Shown piece by piece: positions 7,876-16,495 of a stretch of DNA of 46,142 nucleotides; within the stretch, counting starts at the first letter, position 1, and every line of letters begins with the position of its first letter. This stretch comes from Escherichia phage ULINTec7. The position numbers and the translations under genes were made by a program. The notes below the pieces were generated by a model, which was not told the DNA's origin, searched no databases, and worked only from the letters and a program-made list of their open reading frames with translations. The DNA is taken from sequence record MZ997841.1. The stretch is one strand, 5' to 3'.

Positions 7876-8662
7876 TAACATTAGCGCCGCCATGTAGTAA
7901 TACATGGGCAATAATCGTGTGAACTCAGGGGAAGACTAGAACAGTTAATCCTGAGCCAAGCTAGGCACACCTCAAATTCAAAGGAGGTGTTATGCAATTT
8001 AAAGAAGTACCAGATCACAGTAATTATATTTGTTATGAGAATGGCACGGTTGTTAATCGTAAGACTGGAAAGGTCTTGAAAGAAGATACAACTAACCGAG
8101 GTTATAAGCGGATTACAGTAAGCAAGGGCAACAAGGTAACACGTTGGAGTGTGCACCGTTTAGTTGCTTTACTGTTTATCCCTAACCCTCATAATTATGA
8201 AACTGTTAATCACATATCGGGAGATAAGACGGATAACTCTGTTAGTAATCTTGAGTGGATGAGCCAAGAACAGAACCAAGCCCATGCTAAATATACAGGA
8301 CTGTGTCCTAAAGGTGAGGCTGTTGGCACTAATAAGTTCAAAGAGGCAACTATTCATCAAGTGTGCAAGCTAATAGAGAAAGGTTTATCTCGCGGTGAAA
8401 TTATGAAAGCAACGAGCATCTCTAAAGCAACCTTTGATGACATTCGTAGAAGGAAGACTTGGAAGCACGTATCTTGTTCATATAAATGGTGACAATCTGG
8501 TGTGCCTAGAAGGTGCAACGACTATCCCGAAAGGGAGTACAGCCAAGCGGCTGGAAGCGCACGACACCCATCGTGGGTGATGATATAGTCTGGTCTATAT
8601 GGGGACATATAGCAGTTCATAAGAGAACGGGCGTGGCTTAGCGAACCACGTCGAACATAACG
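7876..8662 (+). mobile_element. Putative group I intron carrying an HNH homing endonuclease ORF, inserted in the helicase Walker A codons
   Basis: The 5' exon ends in U (7875) and the insert ends in G (8662). Exon 3' end GGCGU can pair with intron GCGCC at 7884-7888 (P1 with a U.G wobble). The downstream frame opens right after a stop at 8658-8660 with GKTEF and no start codon. Joining gives the contiguous P-loop GAGSGVGKTEF. Confidence 0.6.
7992..8492 (+). CDS. HNH homing endonuclease (intron-encoded)
   Basis: 166 aa with HRLVALLFIPNP...VNHISGDKTDNSVSNLEW, a typical HNH/AP2-type motif; AGGAGG SD upstream; a paralog of the ORF at 10976. Confidence 0.85.
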   Translation: MQFKEVPDHSNYICYENGTVVNRKTGKVLKEDTTNRGYKRITVSKGNKVTRWSVHRLVALLFIPNPHNYETVNHISGDKTDNSVSNLEWMSQEQNQAHAKYTGLCPKGEAVGTNKFKEATIHQVCKLIEKGLSRGEIMKATSISKATFDDIRRRKTWKHVSCSYKW

Positions 8663-9497
8663 AGGTAAGACTGAGTTCCTTCGTGAAGTAGTTAAGCACC
8701 TCATTGAAGAACACGGTGAATCTGTAGGCATCATTTCTACAGAAGACCCGATGGTCAAGGTGTCCCGTGCTTTTATCGGCAAGTGGATTGATAAGCGTAT
8801 TGAGTTACCGCCAACCAACGACCCGAAAGAAGATGGATACCGTGAGGTGTTCGACTACACCGAGGAAGAAGCTAACGCCGCCATTGATTATGTAGCTGAT
8901 ACAGGTAAGCTGTTTGTGGCTGACCTAGAGGGTGACTATTCGATGGAAAAGGTAGAGCAAACTTGCCTAGAGTTTGAGGCTATGGGCATTTCTAATATCA
9001 TCATTGATAACTTAACGGGGATTAAATTAGATGAGCGTGCTTTTGGTGGGAAGGTTGGTGCACTTGATGAATGCGTCAAGCGGATTGGTACTATCAAAGA
9101 CCGACACCCGGTTACTATATTCCTTGTATCACACCTTACACGTCCTCCGGCAAACCGTACCCAACATGAAGAAGGTGGCGAAGTTATCCTTTCTGACTTC
9201 CGAGGCTCAGGCGCTATCGGATTCTGGGCATCTTACGCCTTGGGGATTGAGCGTAATACAAGAGCTGAAACGCTTGACGAAAGGACTACCACGTACATCT
9301 CATGTGTCAAAGACCGCGACCAAGGTATCTGGACTGGAACCAAGGTCATGCTTAAGGGTGACATTCAAACCGGACGTTTAATGGAACCACAAGCCCGTAC
9401 TAAGTCATTTGATACAGGTGAAGCAAGGCAACAAGAAGTGCCGGATTTACCGGACACTATAGAAGAGACAACCTTTGACGATGAACAGGAGTTTTAA
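8663..9497 (+). CDS. DNA primase-helicase, exon 2 (helicase RecA-like domain)
   Basis: Frame reads GKTEFLREVV... from 8663, through the ORF-track ATG at 8751, to DDEQEF. FLVSHLTRP and SDFRGSGAIGF...LGIERN resemble T7 gp4 helicase motifs. Exon 1 plus exon 2 is 1989 nt, a 662-aa product. Confidence 0.7.
9445..9467 (+). promoter_or_regulatory. Phage-RNAP promoter inside the helicase 3' coding region
   Basis: ATTTACCGGACACTATAGAAGAG matches the consensus. Confidence 0.65.
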
Positions 9498-9658
9498 TGG
9501 AAATTATTAAACCAGTATTGAATATCGGTATTGAGATCCTATTCATGCTTGTGATCGCAGATTATGCTGCACGATATGGATTCAAGAAAGCTGTGAAACT
9601 TATCGTTGCATCTGGTTTTCTTATGTCAATGTTCTTTATTGTAACACGCCTTATCTAG
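9497..9658 (+). CDS. Hypothetical small membrane protein (53 aa)
   Basis: ATG overlaps the helicase stop (TAATG); hydrophobic segments present. Confidence 0.35.
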   Translation: MEIIKPVLNIGIEILFMLVIADYAARYGFKKAVKLIVASGFLMSMFFIVTRLI

Positions 9659-9671
9659 TGTATTTATCAGG

Positions 9672-9695
9672 GCTTGTCTCACATGTGAGACAGGC
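9672..9695. promoter_or_regulatory. Conserved palindromic hairpin GCTTGTCTCACATGTGAGACAGGC, copy 3
   Basis: Extended 11-bp stem around the 16-bp core, located at a gene end. Confidence 0.6.
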
Positions 9696-9730
9696 TCTTA
9701 TTAAGTACATTAAATAACTGGAGATTGATT

Positions 9731-10453
9731 ATGTATAAATTAGTATTGAATGTAGGTGATTATGTTCGTAACATCAATGAAGCCTCACGTCGTTATCGTT
9801 GCCGTGGTGTAGTGGCTCGTGTAAGTGAGAACATGTATCATGTAGAATATGAGGATGGTATTAAGGCTTCTTACCACAAGAAAACAGCACATAAATATCT
9901 TGAAAAGATTGTAGAGATAAACAATCAATGTAAGTGCATACATGATGAGGTTTGCGATAAGTGTGCACGTCAGGCAGTTAAAGCCTTTACCTTTGCTCAA
10001 CGTTATGGTTCTATGTATGGCGCTGGTCACAAGACCCTTGCAGAAGCAGCTTGGAAGACATTACAGTTTGAGCGTTCAAATGGACGACGCACCACAATTA
10101 AGAAAGAGCGCCGCAATGTAATCACTGGTAAGACTCAAAGTGAAATGATTAAGCAATGTGGCACTGCACTAGGTGTTACGCAGTTTAACACTCGTGCTCT
10201 TGGTAAATCCACAGGACAAGCTATGGTAAAGATTGGCGAAGCCATGATGCATCCAAATGTACCTGTACGAATCAGGGATGTTGACCATGCAATCACAGAA
10301 CACGGTACGCAACGACGTGTAATTAATAAGCATTTTGCCGACACTATAGAAGGTATTATTCGTAAGCAAGGGTTGAAAGGTCTTCACATCTTGAATGATG
10401 AAGAGTTACTGTACCTCCCTATTGTTACTGAAGAAACCTACGTGAATATCTAA
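9731..10453 (+). CDS. Hypothetical protein (240 aa)
   Basis: ORF with GGAG 7 nt upstream of the ATG at 9731; several Cys pairs in the N-terminal part. Confidence 0.55.
   Translation: MYKLVLNVGDYVRNINEASRRYRCRGVVARVSENMYHVEYEDGIKASYHKKTAHKYLEKIVEINNQCKCIHDEVCDKCARQAVKAFTFAQRYGSMYGAGHKTLAEAAWKTLQFERSNGRRTTIKKERRNVITGKTQSEMIKQCGTALGVTQFNTRALGKSTGQAMVKIGEAMMHPNVPVRIRDVDHAITEHGTQRRVINKHFADTIEGIIRKQGLKGLHILNDEELLYLPIVTEETYVNI
10334..10354 (+). promoter_or_regulatory. Phage-promoter-like sequence inside the ORF
   Basis: TTTTGCCGACACTATAGAAGG. Confidence 0.4.
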
Positions 10454-10463
10454 GGAGTTAATC

Positions 10464-10682
10464 ATGACTAAAGTATTAATTTATATGCGTGGACCTCATA
10501 AATGCTATGCAGTTGTAGCACCAAATGGTGTTAAGCCCTATAGTACTTCAAAAGGATTGGCATTAATAGGTGCTAGTAGTAGTGCAAGTTTCCAAATGGA
10601 ACTTTTTGGTCATTGGAATGAAAGGCAATTCCGTGAGGATTTTAAAGTCATTGGCAGCTTCATGGTGAAACATGCAGAATAA
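10464..10682 (+). CDS. Hypothetical protein (72 aa)
   Basis: Strong SD TAAGGAG before the ATG. Confidence 0.55.
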   Translation: MTKVLIYMRGPHKCYAVVAPNGVKPYSTSKGLALIGASSSASFQMELFGHWNERQFREDFKVIGSFMVKHAE

Positions 10683-10848
10683 ACATAGTCTTAAAATGTT
10701 CGATGGTCATGAAGACCTGCAAGCCAAGATTACTAACCAAGCCTTCCTGTTTGCACAGTTAACTATGGCTGAAGCAAAGAAGAATAGCCTGACGCGTGAA
10801 CAGGTTATCAAGGAAAGTGAAGTGAAACGTAAGATTCGCAGTCGATAA
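10672..10848 (+). CDS. Hypothetical small protein (58 aa)
   Basis: Hand-translated ORF overlapping the end of the upstream gene. Confidence 0.3.
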   Translation: MQNKHSLKMFDGHEDLQAKITNQAFLFAQLTMAEAKKNSLTREQVIKESEVKRKIRSR

Positions 10849-10854
10849 GTCAAG

Positions 10855-10878
10855 GGTTGTCTCACACGTGAGACAGCC
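10855..10878. promoter_or_regulatory. Conserved palindromic hairpin, copy 4 (loop variant CACACGTG)
   Basis: GGTTGTCTCACACGTGAGACAGCC: the stem is conserved while the central dinucleotide differs. Confidence 0.55.
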
Positions 10879-10908
10879 TTTCATCATATTGATTGGAGGA
10901 TTAACTTT

Positions 10909-11016
10909 ATGAATAACTACGACTCTGATTGGGATTTCTACGATTCAATGCAATCTAAACCAGAAAGGAGGGAGGATGAGTTCGAAACAGATCAAATGTA
11001 CGAGGATTTTTACTAA
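10909..11016 (+). CDS. Hypothetical small acidic protein (35 aa)
   Basis: Short ORF that overlaps the start of the HNH gene; weak call. Confidence 0.2.
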   Translation: MNNYDSDWDFYDSMQSKPERREDEFETDQMYEDFY

Positions 11017-11455
11017 CTACATCCTCTACTCTGATGGTCGAGTTCTTAACGAGAAAACCGGACAATATCTAAGAGGTTACTTAGATAAAGATGGGTATCA
11101 TATTATGAATATTAAAGGGAAACACCTTAAAGTTCATCGATTAGTTGCTATCCATTTCATACCTAACCCTAATAATTTACCTGAAGTTAACCATAAAGAT
11201 CATGACCGTCTAAACAATAATGATTGGAATCTAGAGTGGTGTACTCATCAAGATAACAACAAGCATAGCTTACATTTAGTAATAGCTTCTTGTGCTAAAC
11301 GCTATGACTTTATATCACCACAAGGTGTCCATGTAGAAGTCTATAACTTACGTGAGTTTTGTAGGAATAACAACCTACAGCAATCTCATATGGTTAAGGT
11401 GGCTAAAGGTAAAGTAAGACATCATAAAGGTTGGACTAATTATGCTAGATGTTGA
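10976..11455 (+). CDS. HNH homing endonuclease (free-standing)
   Basis: 159 aa with HRLVAIHFIPNP...VNHKDHDRLNNNDWNLEW; AGGAGGGAGG SD; paralog of the intron ORF at 7992. Confidence 0.85.
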   Translation: MSSKQIKCTRIFTNYILYSDGRVLNEKTGQYLRGYLDKDGYHIMNIKGKHLKVHRLVAIHFIPNPNNLPEVNHKDHDRLNNNDWNLEWCTHQDNNKHSLHLVIASCAKRYDFISPQGVHVEVYNLREFCRNNNLQQSHMVKVAKGKVRHHKGWTNYARC

Positions 11456-13988
11456 TTGGAAAGAATTTGGAAAGAATCGCATACTTGTCATGGATGCTGA
11501 AAGTAAAGGTTTACTTGATGCTATCCGATATGGACACCGTGAAGATGTGCATATCATTTGCTGTATGGATTTGCTTACTACCGAGGAGTTTCTCTTCTTT
11601 GACCCGTATGAGATGCGTGACCCTGAAGCAAGAGAACGCCTGAAGGAATGGGAAGGTCATCAAGATGGAACCTTGGTTGACGGTGTTAACTTCCTGAAGC
11701 ACTGTGAGGCTATTGTGTCGCAGAACTTCCTAGGGTATGACGGTCTTCTCTTTGAGAAAGCATTCCCTGATATTTGGAAAGGCTTTAACTATACCGAGAA
11801 GCGCGGTAAGGGCAGACTCCGTGCTGACCTGTGTCCTATCCGTGTTGTAGATACGCTGGTGATGAGTCGTCTGCTAAACCCAGATAGACGCCTTCCTCCG
11901 CAAGCATATGCCAAAGGCATGGGTAACGTCGCCCCTCACTCAATTGAGGCGCACGGCATCCGTATAGGCCGCTATAAACCAGAGAATGAGGACTGGTCTA
12001 AACTAACTGACCACATGGTTCACCGTGTACGTGAAGACGTGGCAATTGGTCGTGACCTTTTCCTATGGCTTTACAACGGAGAGTGGACGGAGCACAAACG
12101 CCGTGGCGTGAATAAACGTACTGGCCTAGGTATTGAGACAGCCTTCCACATGGAGTCCATTGTGGCGCTGGAGATGAGCCGTCAGGCCGAGCGCGGGTTC
12201 CGTCTGGACATCGACAAGGCTTTGTCCCGATGCGAAGAATTGGACGCTAAGATTGACGAGACAGTCGCAGCGTTCCGCCCTCACATGCCTATGCGTATCA
12301 AGTCTAAACCTTTTAAACCGGAAGAAAAGAATGAAGTATGCCAACGCGCAAATGAGTATGGAGCTAGCAACAATATACCTACTGTCCTTGACCCCTCACA
12401 CTTTCTTCATGCCGAGAGACGAGGAGATCGCAAGACAGTATGGAGTGTCACTACTAAGTCTGGTGATTGGTCGGCTAGTGTCAAGAAAGACTTTCCTCAC
12501 CTTAGAGGAAACCGTAATGACACGCCAAGCATCAAGTGGATTGGCGCTTACTCGCCTGTTACTTTCGAAGAGATTCCCTTGGGTAACAGGGATACAGTTA
12601 AGCAAGTGCTCTATGATTATGGATGGAAAGGTGTTGAATTTAACGATACCGAGCAAGCGCATCTCGATGAGCACGGAGTGTTACCCAAACCTTGGAGTGG
12701 TAAGATAAATGAAAAGTCCCTTACTTTATGGCAAGAAAGAGCCGCACGTGAAGGTAAAACAGTCCCTGATTGGTGCTTGGGTATCGCTGCATGGTACATA
12801 CTCGTATCCCGTCGTGGTCAGATACTCAACCGTGGTGACGTTGAAGCCTTCAACGAGAAGGGAACGTGGCCCTCGCAGGCTGGTGTACGAAAGTGTCGCG
12901 GCCTTGTACCTGTAGCATTCAACAAGGAGCTAGGAATCAATGCGCAGCAATACTACGAGAGGTACGGATATTGGCCTACGTCTGACAAAGATGACGGAGA
13001 GTGGCGTGTTCCAGCTGTTGCTATTAGTATTGGCACTTCTACGTTCCGTATGCGTCATCGTAACGTGGTTAATATTCCTGCCCGTGGCTTGTATCCTTTA
13101 CGTGATTTATTCATAGCAGGGAAAGGCAAGCTAATCCTTGGTTGTGACGGTGCAGGTCTTGAACTGCGTGTCCTGTCTCACTTCATGAATGACCCTGAGT
13201 ACCAAGAGATTGTACTGCACGGTGATATTCATACGCATAACCAGATGAAGGCTGGTCTTCCTAAGCGTGATATGGCGAAGACGTTTATATACGCCTTCCT
13301 CTATGGCTCTGGTATAGCCAACCTTGCAGCAGTATGTGGTGTTACTGAGGAGGAAATGAAGGAAGTTGTGGCAAGATTCGAGATTGAACTGCCGTCTCTT
13401 GCACGTCTTCGTGAGAATGTTATCGCACAAGGTAACAAGTTTGGCTACCTGCAAGCACCTGATGGGCATTGGGGTCGCATCCGCATGTCTGGTGGTGAAC
13501 TTAAAGAGCACACTATGCTTAACGTATTACTCCAGATGACTGGCTCTTTGTGTATGAAATATGCATTAGTAAAGGCATTTGCAGTAATGCGCAAGGAAGG
13601 TGTAGCCTTGGATGCTATGGGAAGCCCTTGTGGTGTGGCTAACGTCCACGATGAAATCCAGATGGAAGTTCCTGAAGAAGAGGTCTTGTACCTTAACTAT
13701 GACCTACCTTTCACCTTAGAAGGGTTTGAAACAGAGAAGGCTGCTGTGAAAGCAGTGTTCGATGCAGAAGAGAAACGTGTTCATGTGGATTCTGAAGGAC
13801 GTATGTGGTCTGCTGCAAACCTCGTTAGTGTTGATGCTGATGCTGGTGTACTTCATTGTCAGCGCCGTTATCACCGTGCTGGGCATATCATTGCCGACGC
13901 CATGACTTGGGCTGGTCAGTATCTGAAGATGCGTTGCCCGATGGCAGGAGAATATAAGATTGGCACAAGTTGGAAGGAAACACACTGA
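11442..13988 (+). CDS. DNA polymerase (family A, T7 gp5-like)
   Basis: N-terminal exo motif ILVMDAESKG resembles T7 MIVSDIEAN; GCDGAGLELRVLSHF, GDIHTHNQ...AKTFIYAFLYG and HDEIQ polymerase motifs. Start is uncertain between 11442 and 11490. Confidence 0.93.
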   Translation: MLDVDWKEFGKNRILVMDAESKGLLDAIRYGHREDVHIICCMDLLTTEEFLFFDPYEMRDPEARERLKEWEGHQDGTLVDGVNFLKHCEAIVSQNFLGYDGLLFEKAFPDIWKGFNYTEKRGKGRLRADLCPIRVVDTLVMSRLLNPDRRLPPQAYAKGMGNVAPHSIEAHGIRIGRYKPENEDWSKLTDHMVHRVREDVAIGRDLFLWLYNGEWTEHKRRGVNKRTGLGIETAFHMESIVALEMSRQAERGFRLDIDKALSRCEELDAKIDETVAAFRPHMPMRIKSKPFKPEEKNEVCQRANEYGASNNIPTVLDPSHFLHAERRGDRKTVWSVTTKSGDWSASVKKDFPHLRGNRNDTPSIKWIGAYSPVTFEEIPLGNRDTVKQVLYDYGWKGVEFNDTEQAHLDEHGVLPKPWSGKINEKSLTLWQERAAREGKTVPDWCLGIAAWYILVSRRGQILNRGDVEAFNEKGTWPSQAGVRKCRGLVPVAFNKELGINAQQYYERYGYWPTSDKDDGEWRVPAVAISIGTSTFRMRHRNVVNIPARGLYPLRDLFIAGKGKLILGCDGAGLELRVLSHFMNDPEYQEIVLHGDIHTHNQMKAGLPKRDMAKTFIYAFLYGSGIANLAAVCGVTEEEMKEVVARFEIELPSLARLRENVIAQGNKFGYLQAPDGHWGRIRMSGGELKEHTMLNVLLQMTGSLCMKYALVKAFAVMRKEGVALDAMGSPCGVANVHDEIQMEVPEEEVLYLNYDLPFTLEGFETEKAAVKAVFDAEEKRVHVDSEGRMWSAANLVSVDADAGVLHCQRRYHRAGHIIADAMTWAGQYLKMRCPMAGEYKIGTSWKETH

Positions 13989-14104
13989 TGGATAGGCTTG
14001 ACATTGTTTGCCTGTTCTTCACTTTCTTTCTTACACTCCTTATGCTTGCTTGTTATGGGAGTGTGAGACTAGATATACCTGATGAAGAAGAGGGTTACGA
14101 CTAA
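13988..14104 (+). CDS. Hypothetical small hydrophobic protein (38 aa)
   Basis: ATG overlaps the polymerase stop; hand-translated. Confidence 0.25.
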   Translation: MDRLDIVCLFFTFFLTLLMLACYGSVRLDIPDEEEGYD

Positions 14105-14202
14105 TGCAAACTGCTTTTATTATTCTTGGTGTCGTATTATTTATGGTAGTACTCTGGGCCTTCTCTGGCATTGACCCGGATTGTGATGGTAACTACGACT
14201 GA
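14104..14202 (+). CDS. Hypothetical small membrane peptide (32 aa)
   Basis: TAATG overlap with the previous ORF; single hydrophobic segment. Confidence 0.25.
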   Translation: MQTAFIILGVVLFMVVLWAFSGIDPDCDGNYD

Positions 14203-14259
14203 GTTATACTCAAGGTCACTTACGAGTGGCCTTTATGAATAACTTAACTGGAGAGTATT

Positions 14260-14520
14260 ATGATTAAATCACAGAAGTATTTCTCAACTAAAGATCGTAA
14301 GGTAGGTTTTGAAATCAAAGTTTGGGAAGACGGACACATTACTATTATTTATGAAGGTAAAGGTTCTAATGGTATGATGCTACGCAGATGCCGTACATTC
14401 ACAAAGAAAGAATGTATGCATATGTCTGAATGCATGTTTCTTTACATCATTGCTGATGATATTAAAGGTATGAAGCTAATTGTATCTCTACCTTTAATAC
14501 CTAAATCTTTGTTAGGTTGA
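14260..14520 (+). CDS. Hypothetical protein (86 aa)
   Basis: ORF with GGAG SD. Confidence 0.5.
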   Translation: MIKSQKYFSTKDRKVGFEIKVWEDGHITIIYEGKGSNGMMLRRCRTFTKKECMHMSECMFLYIIADDIKGMKLIVSLPLIPKSLLG

Positions 14521-14543
14521 TTTACTGGACACTATAGAAGGAA
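14521..14543 (+). promoter_or_regulatory. Phage-RNAP promoter
   Basis: TTTACTGGACACTATAGAAGGAA. Confidence 0.75.
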
Positions 14544-14606
14544 AGCCTAGACAATCTAGGTTTATAAGGTAGTATAGGTAATTAAGTAAATATAGGAGAT
14601 ATAAAC

Positions 14607-14984
14607 ATGTCTATGGTAACTACTCTGGTATTTGTAGCTCAATACTTTCGTGGTCTGGCTAATAAGTTCAAGTCCAAGGCTATCAAAGCTATTGAGTCTC
14701 GCATCGAGGTAGTACAGGCAGAGCAAGTTAAAGTTGAAGAACATCGTAGTTCTCAAATGATTGACTGCCATAACCGCTACTATGCATCTCGTGATGACCT
14801 TAATGCACGCCAAGTCAAAGAGGTTGAAGATATGATGGCACGTCACCAGCAAGAGCGTGACAGCATGAAAGCTGAATTTGAAGAGAACAAGGCATCCATT
14901 GCTCTGGTACACCAATCTGCATCTGACAGTCTGAAGAAAGAGATTGTTATGCTTGAAATCGAACTGGACAACCTGACCAAATAA
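14607..14984 (+). CDS. Hypothetical protein (125 aa)
   Basis: ORF downstream of the promoter with AGGAG SD. Confidence 0.55.
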   Translation: MSMVTTLVFVAQYFRGLANKFKSKAIKAIESRIEVVQAEQVKVEEHRSSQMIDCHNRYYASRDDLNARQVKEVEDMMARHQQERDSMKAEFEENKASIALVHQSASDSLKKEIVMLEIELDNLTK

Positions 14985-14990
14985 GGAATT

Positions 14991-15290
14991 ATGATGGAAG
15001 AAGTAATTCAAGCTAAACATGTAGGTATCATTTTTCGTGATCTAGAGCAGCGTAAAGTTGCAGGTCACACTCGTCTGGCTAAAGAGGAAGACACCGCAAT
15101 CACTACGGTAGAACAAGCAGATGCCTATCGTGGGCCGGAGTTCACTCAAGGTGAAACTTGTCACCAATTGAGCCTATCACTTTGTGACACTATGGCTATT
15201 GTAAATGTGCAAGAAGCCGAAGAAGGTGAGTGTGTCAGTTACATCTACCCTTTAGATACTATTTCACGCATTAAGGTAATCCATAAGTAA
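14991..15290 (+). CDS. Hypothetical protein (99 aa)
   Basis: ORF with AGGAA SD. Confidence 0.5.
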   Translation: MMEEVIQAKHVGIIFRDLEQRKVAGHTRLAKEEDTAITTVEQADAYRGPEFTQGETCHQLSLSLCDTMAIVNVQEAEEGECVSYIYPLDTISRIKVIHK

Positions 15291-15312
15291 TTACTGGACA
15301 CTATAGAACAAT
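15291..15312 (+). promoter_or_regulatory. Phage-RNAP promoter
   Basis: TTACTGGACACTATAGAACAAT. Confidence 0.7.
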
Positions 15313-15459
15313 AGGTCGGCTTAGTTCGGCCTATGATTGTAAAGTGTTGTTGATGTTGAACCATTGTGCATCTTGCACAACCCGATACCGTATCGGGCTT
15401 TCTAGTGAGTACATGCTTGTGCTCAGTACAAAGCTAACTGACAATAGGAGACTAAATAA

Positions 15460-16266
15460 ATGGCACGTGGTGATTTTGATTTTGGTGCTTCCGTATCTAA
15501 AGCTGAAGGTAAAGTCTTTAAGAACCCAGAAGTAGGTGATCATGAAGCAGTAATCTCTGGCATCATTCATGTTGGTTCCTTCCAAGACATCTTTAAGAAA
15601 GGTAATACCACTGAAGTTAAGAAGCCAGCAAACTTTGTTCTAGTTAAGATTGTCCTGATGGGCGACGATGACAAGAACGAAGATGATTCTCGCATGGAAC
15701 AATGGATGGCTGTTCCTCTGAAGTCTGGTGATAAGGCAACACTGACTAAGTTCCTAAATGCAGTTGACCCAAAAGAATTGCTTGGTGGCTTCGATGATTT
15801 TATCGGGGAATGCCTGACTGCAACTATGGTTGGCTCTGGTGACAAGAATGACGATGGTTCATTCAAGTATGTTAACTGGAAAGGATTCGGTGGTATGCCT
15901 GACAAGCTTAAGAAACTTGTCATTGCTCAGGTTGAAGAAGAGGGTCTGTCTATGACAGGTCACATCACCTTCGACAAGCTGACCAAAGAAATCCTTGATG
16001 ACATTCCTGCTAACTTGGTACGCCAATACTTCCTGAATGAAACGCCTCGTGGTAAGAACCTGTCTGTTGCTGGCTCTCATGTAGAAGCAATCATTAAAGC
16101 TGCTCGTGAAGAAGACCCAGAGTGGAAGAAGGCCAAGAAGAAAGATGATGAGGATGCCACTCCAGCTAATCGTAAATCTCTGGACACTGGTGAGTCTGTT
16201 CCGCAGGAAGTACCTGAAGCAGAAGATACGCCTGCACCGGAGATGGATGAGGACGCAGAATATTAA
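15460..16266 (+). CDS. Putative ssDNA-binding protein (gp2.5-like by architecture)
   Basis: 268 aa with an acidic C-terminal tail ending in an aromatic residue (PEMDEDAEY), as in the T7 gp2.5 tail. The assignment is an inference from architecture only. Confidence 0.4.
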   Translation: MARGDFDFGASVSKAEGKVFKNPEVGDHEAVISGIIHVGSFQDIFKKGNTTEVKKPANFVLVKIVLMGDDDKNEDDSRMEQWMAVPLKSGDKATLTKFLNAVDPKELLGGFDDFIGECLTATMVGSGDKNDDGSFKYVNWKGFGGMPDKLKKLVIAQVEEEGLSMTGHITFDKLTKEILDDIPANLVRQYFLNETPRGKNLSVAGSHVEAIIKAAREEDPEWKKAKKKDDEDATPANRKSLDTGESVPQEVPEAEDTPAPEMDEDAEY

Positions 16267-16275
16267 GGAGAACTG

Positions 16276-16494
16276 ATGAAAGTACAAATCGTAACTCTGC
16301 ATTGCAAGAAAGGAATCACCACGCTTGGCGGCAATACTTTCCACTCCTTCTCCGAGGGGGAGGTTTATTCTGACCTGCACTACATCTGGCGCGATGGACA
16401 GCACGTGGTGAACTACAGCGACCCAGCTACGGGTAAACGCCACGGCGTATCGCTTCCGGCGCATGACATTGCTCAGGTGAACACAGTTTTATAA
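16276..16494 (+). CDS. Hypothetical protein (72 aa)
   Basis: ORF with AGGAG SD. Confidence 0.45.
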   Translation: MKVQIVTLHCKKGITTLGGNTFHSFSEGEVYSDLHYIWRDGQHVVNYSDPATGKRHGVSLPAHDIAQVNTVL

Positions 16495-16495
16495 A

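Noticed and set aside
7876-8662. Intein or programmed frameshift as an explanation for the primase-helicase interruption
   Set aside because: The inserted segment is not in frame with either flank and contains stop codons, so it cannot be an intein. The roughly 790-nt distance and independent HNH ORF with its own SD rule out a simple frameshift. A split gene with separately translated halves is unlikely because the downstream half has no start codon before the P-loop lysine.
9031-9381. Plus-strand alternative-frame ORFs inside the helicase and DNA polymerase genes (9031-9381, 12253-12708, 11449-11643)
   Set aside because: They overlap strongly supported genes in a different frame and lack independent start signals.
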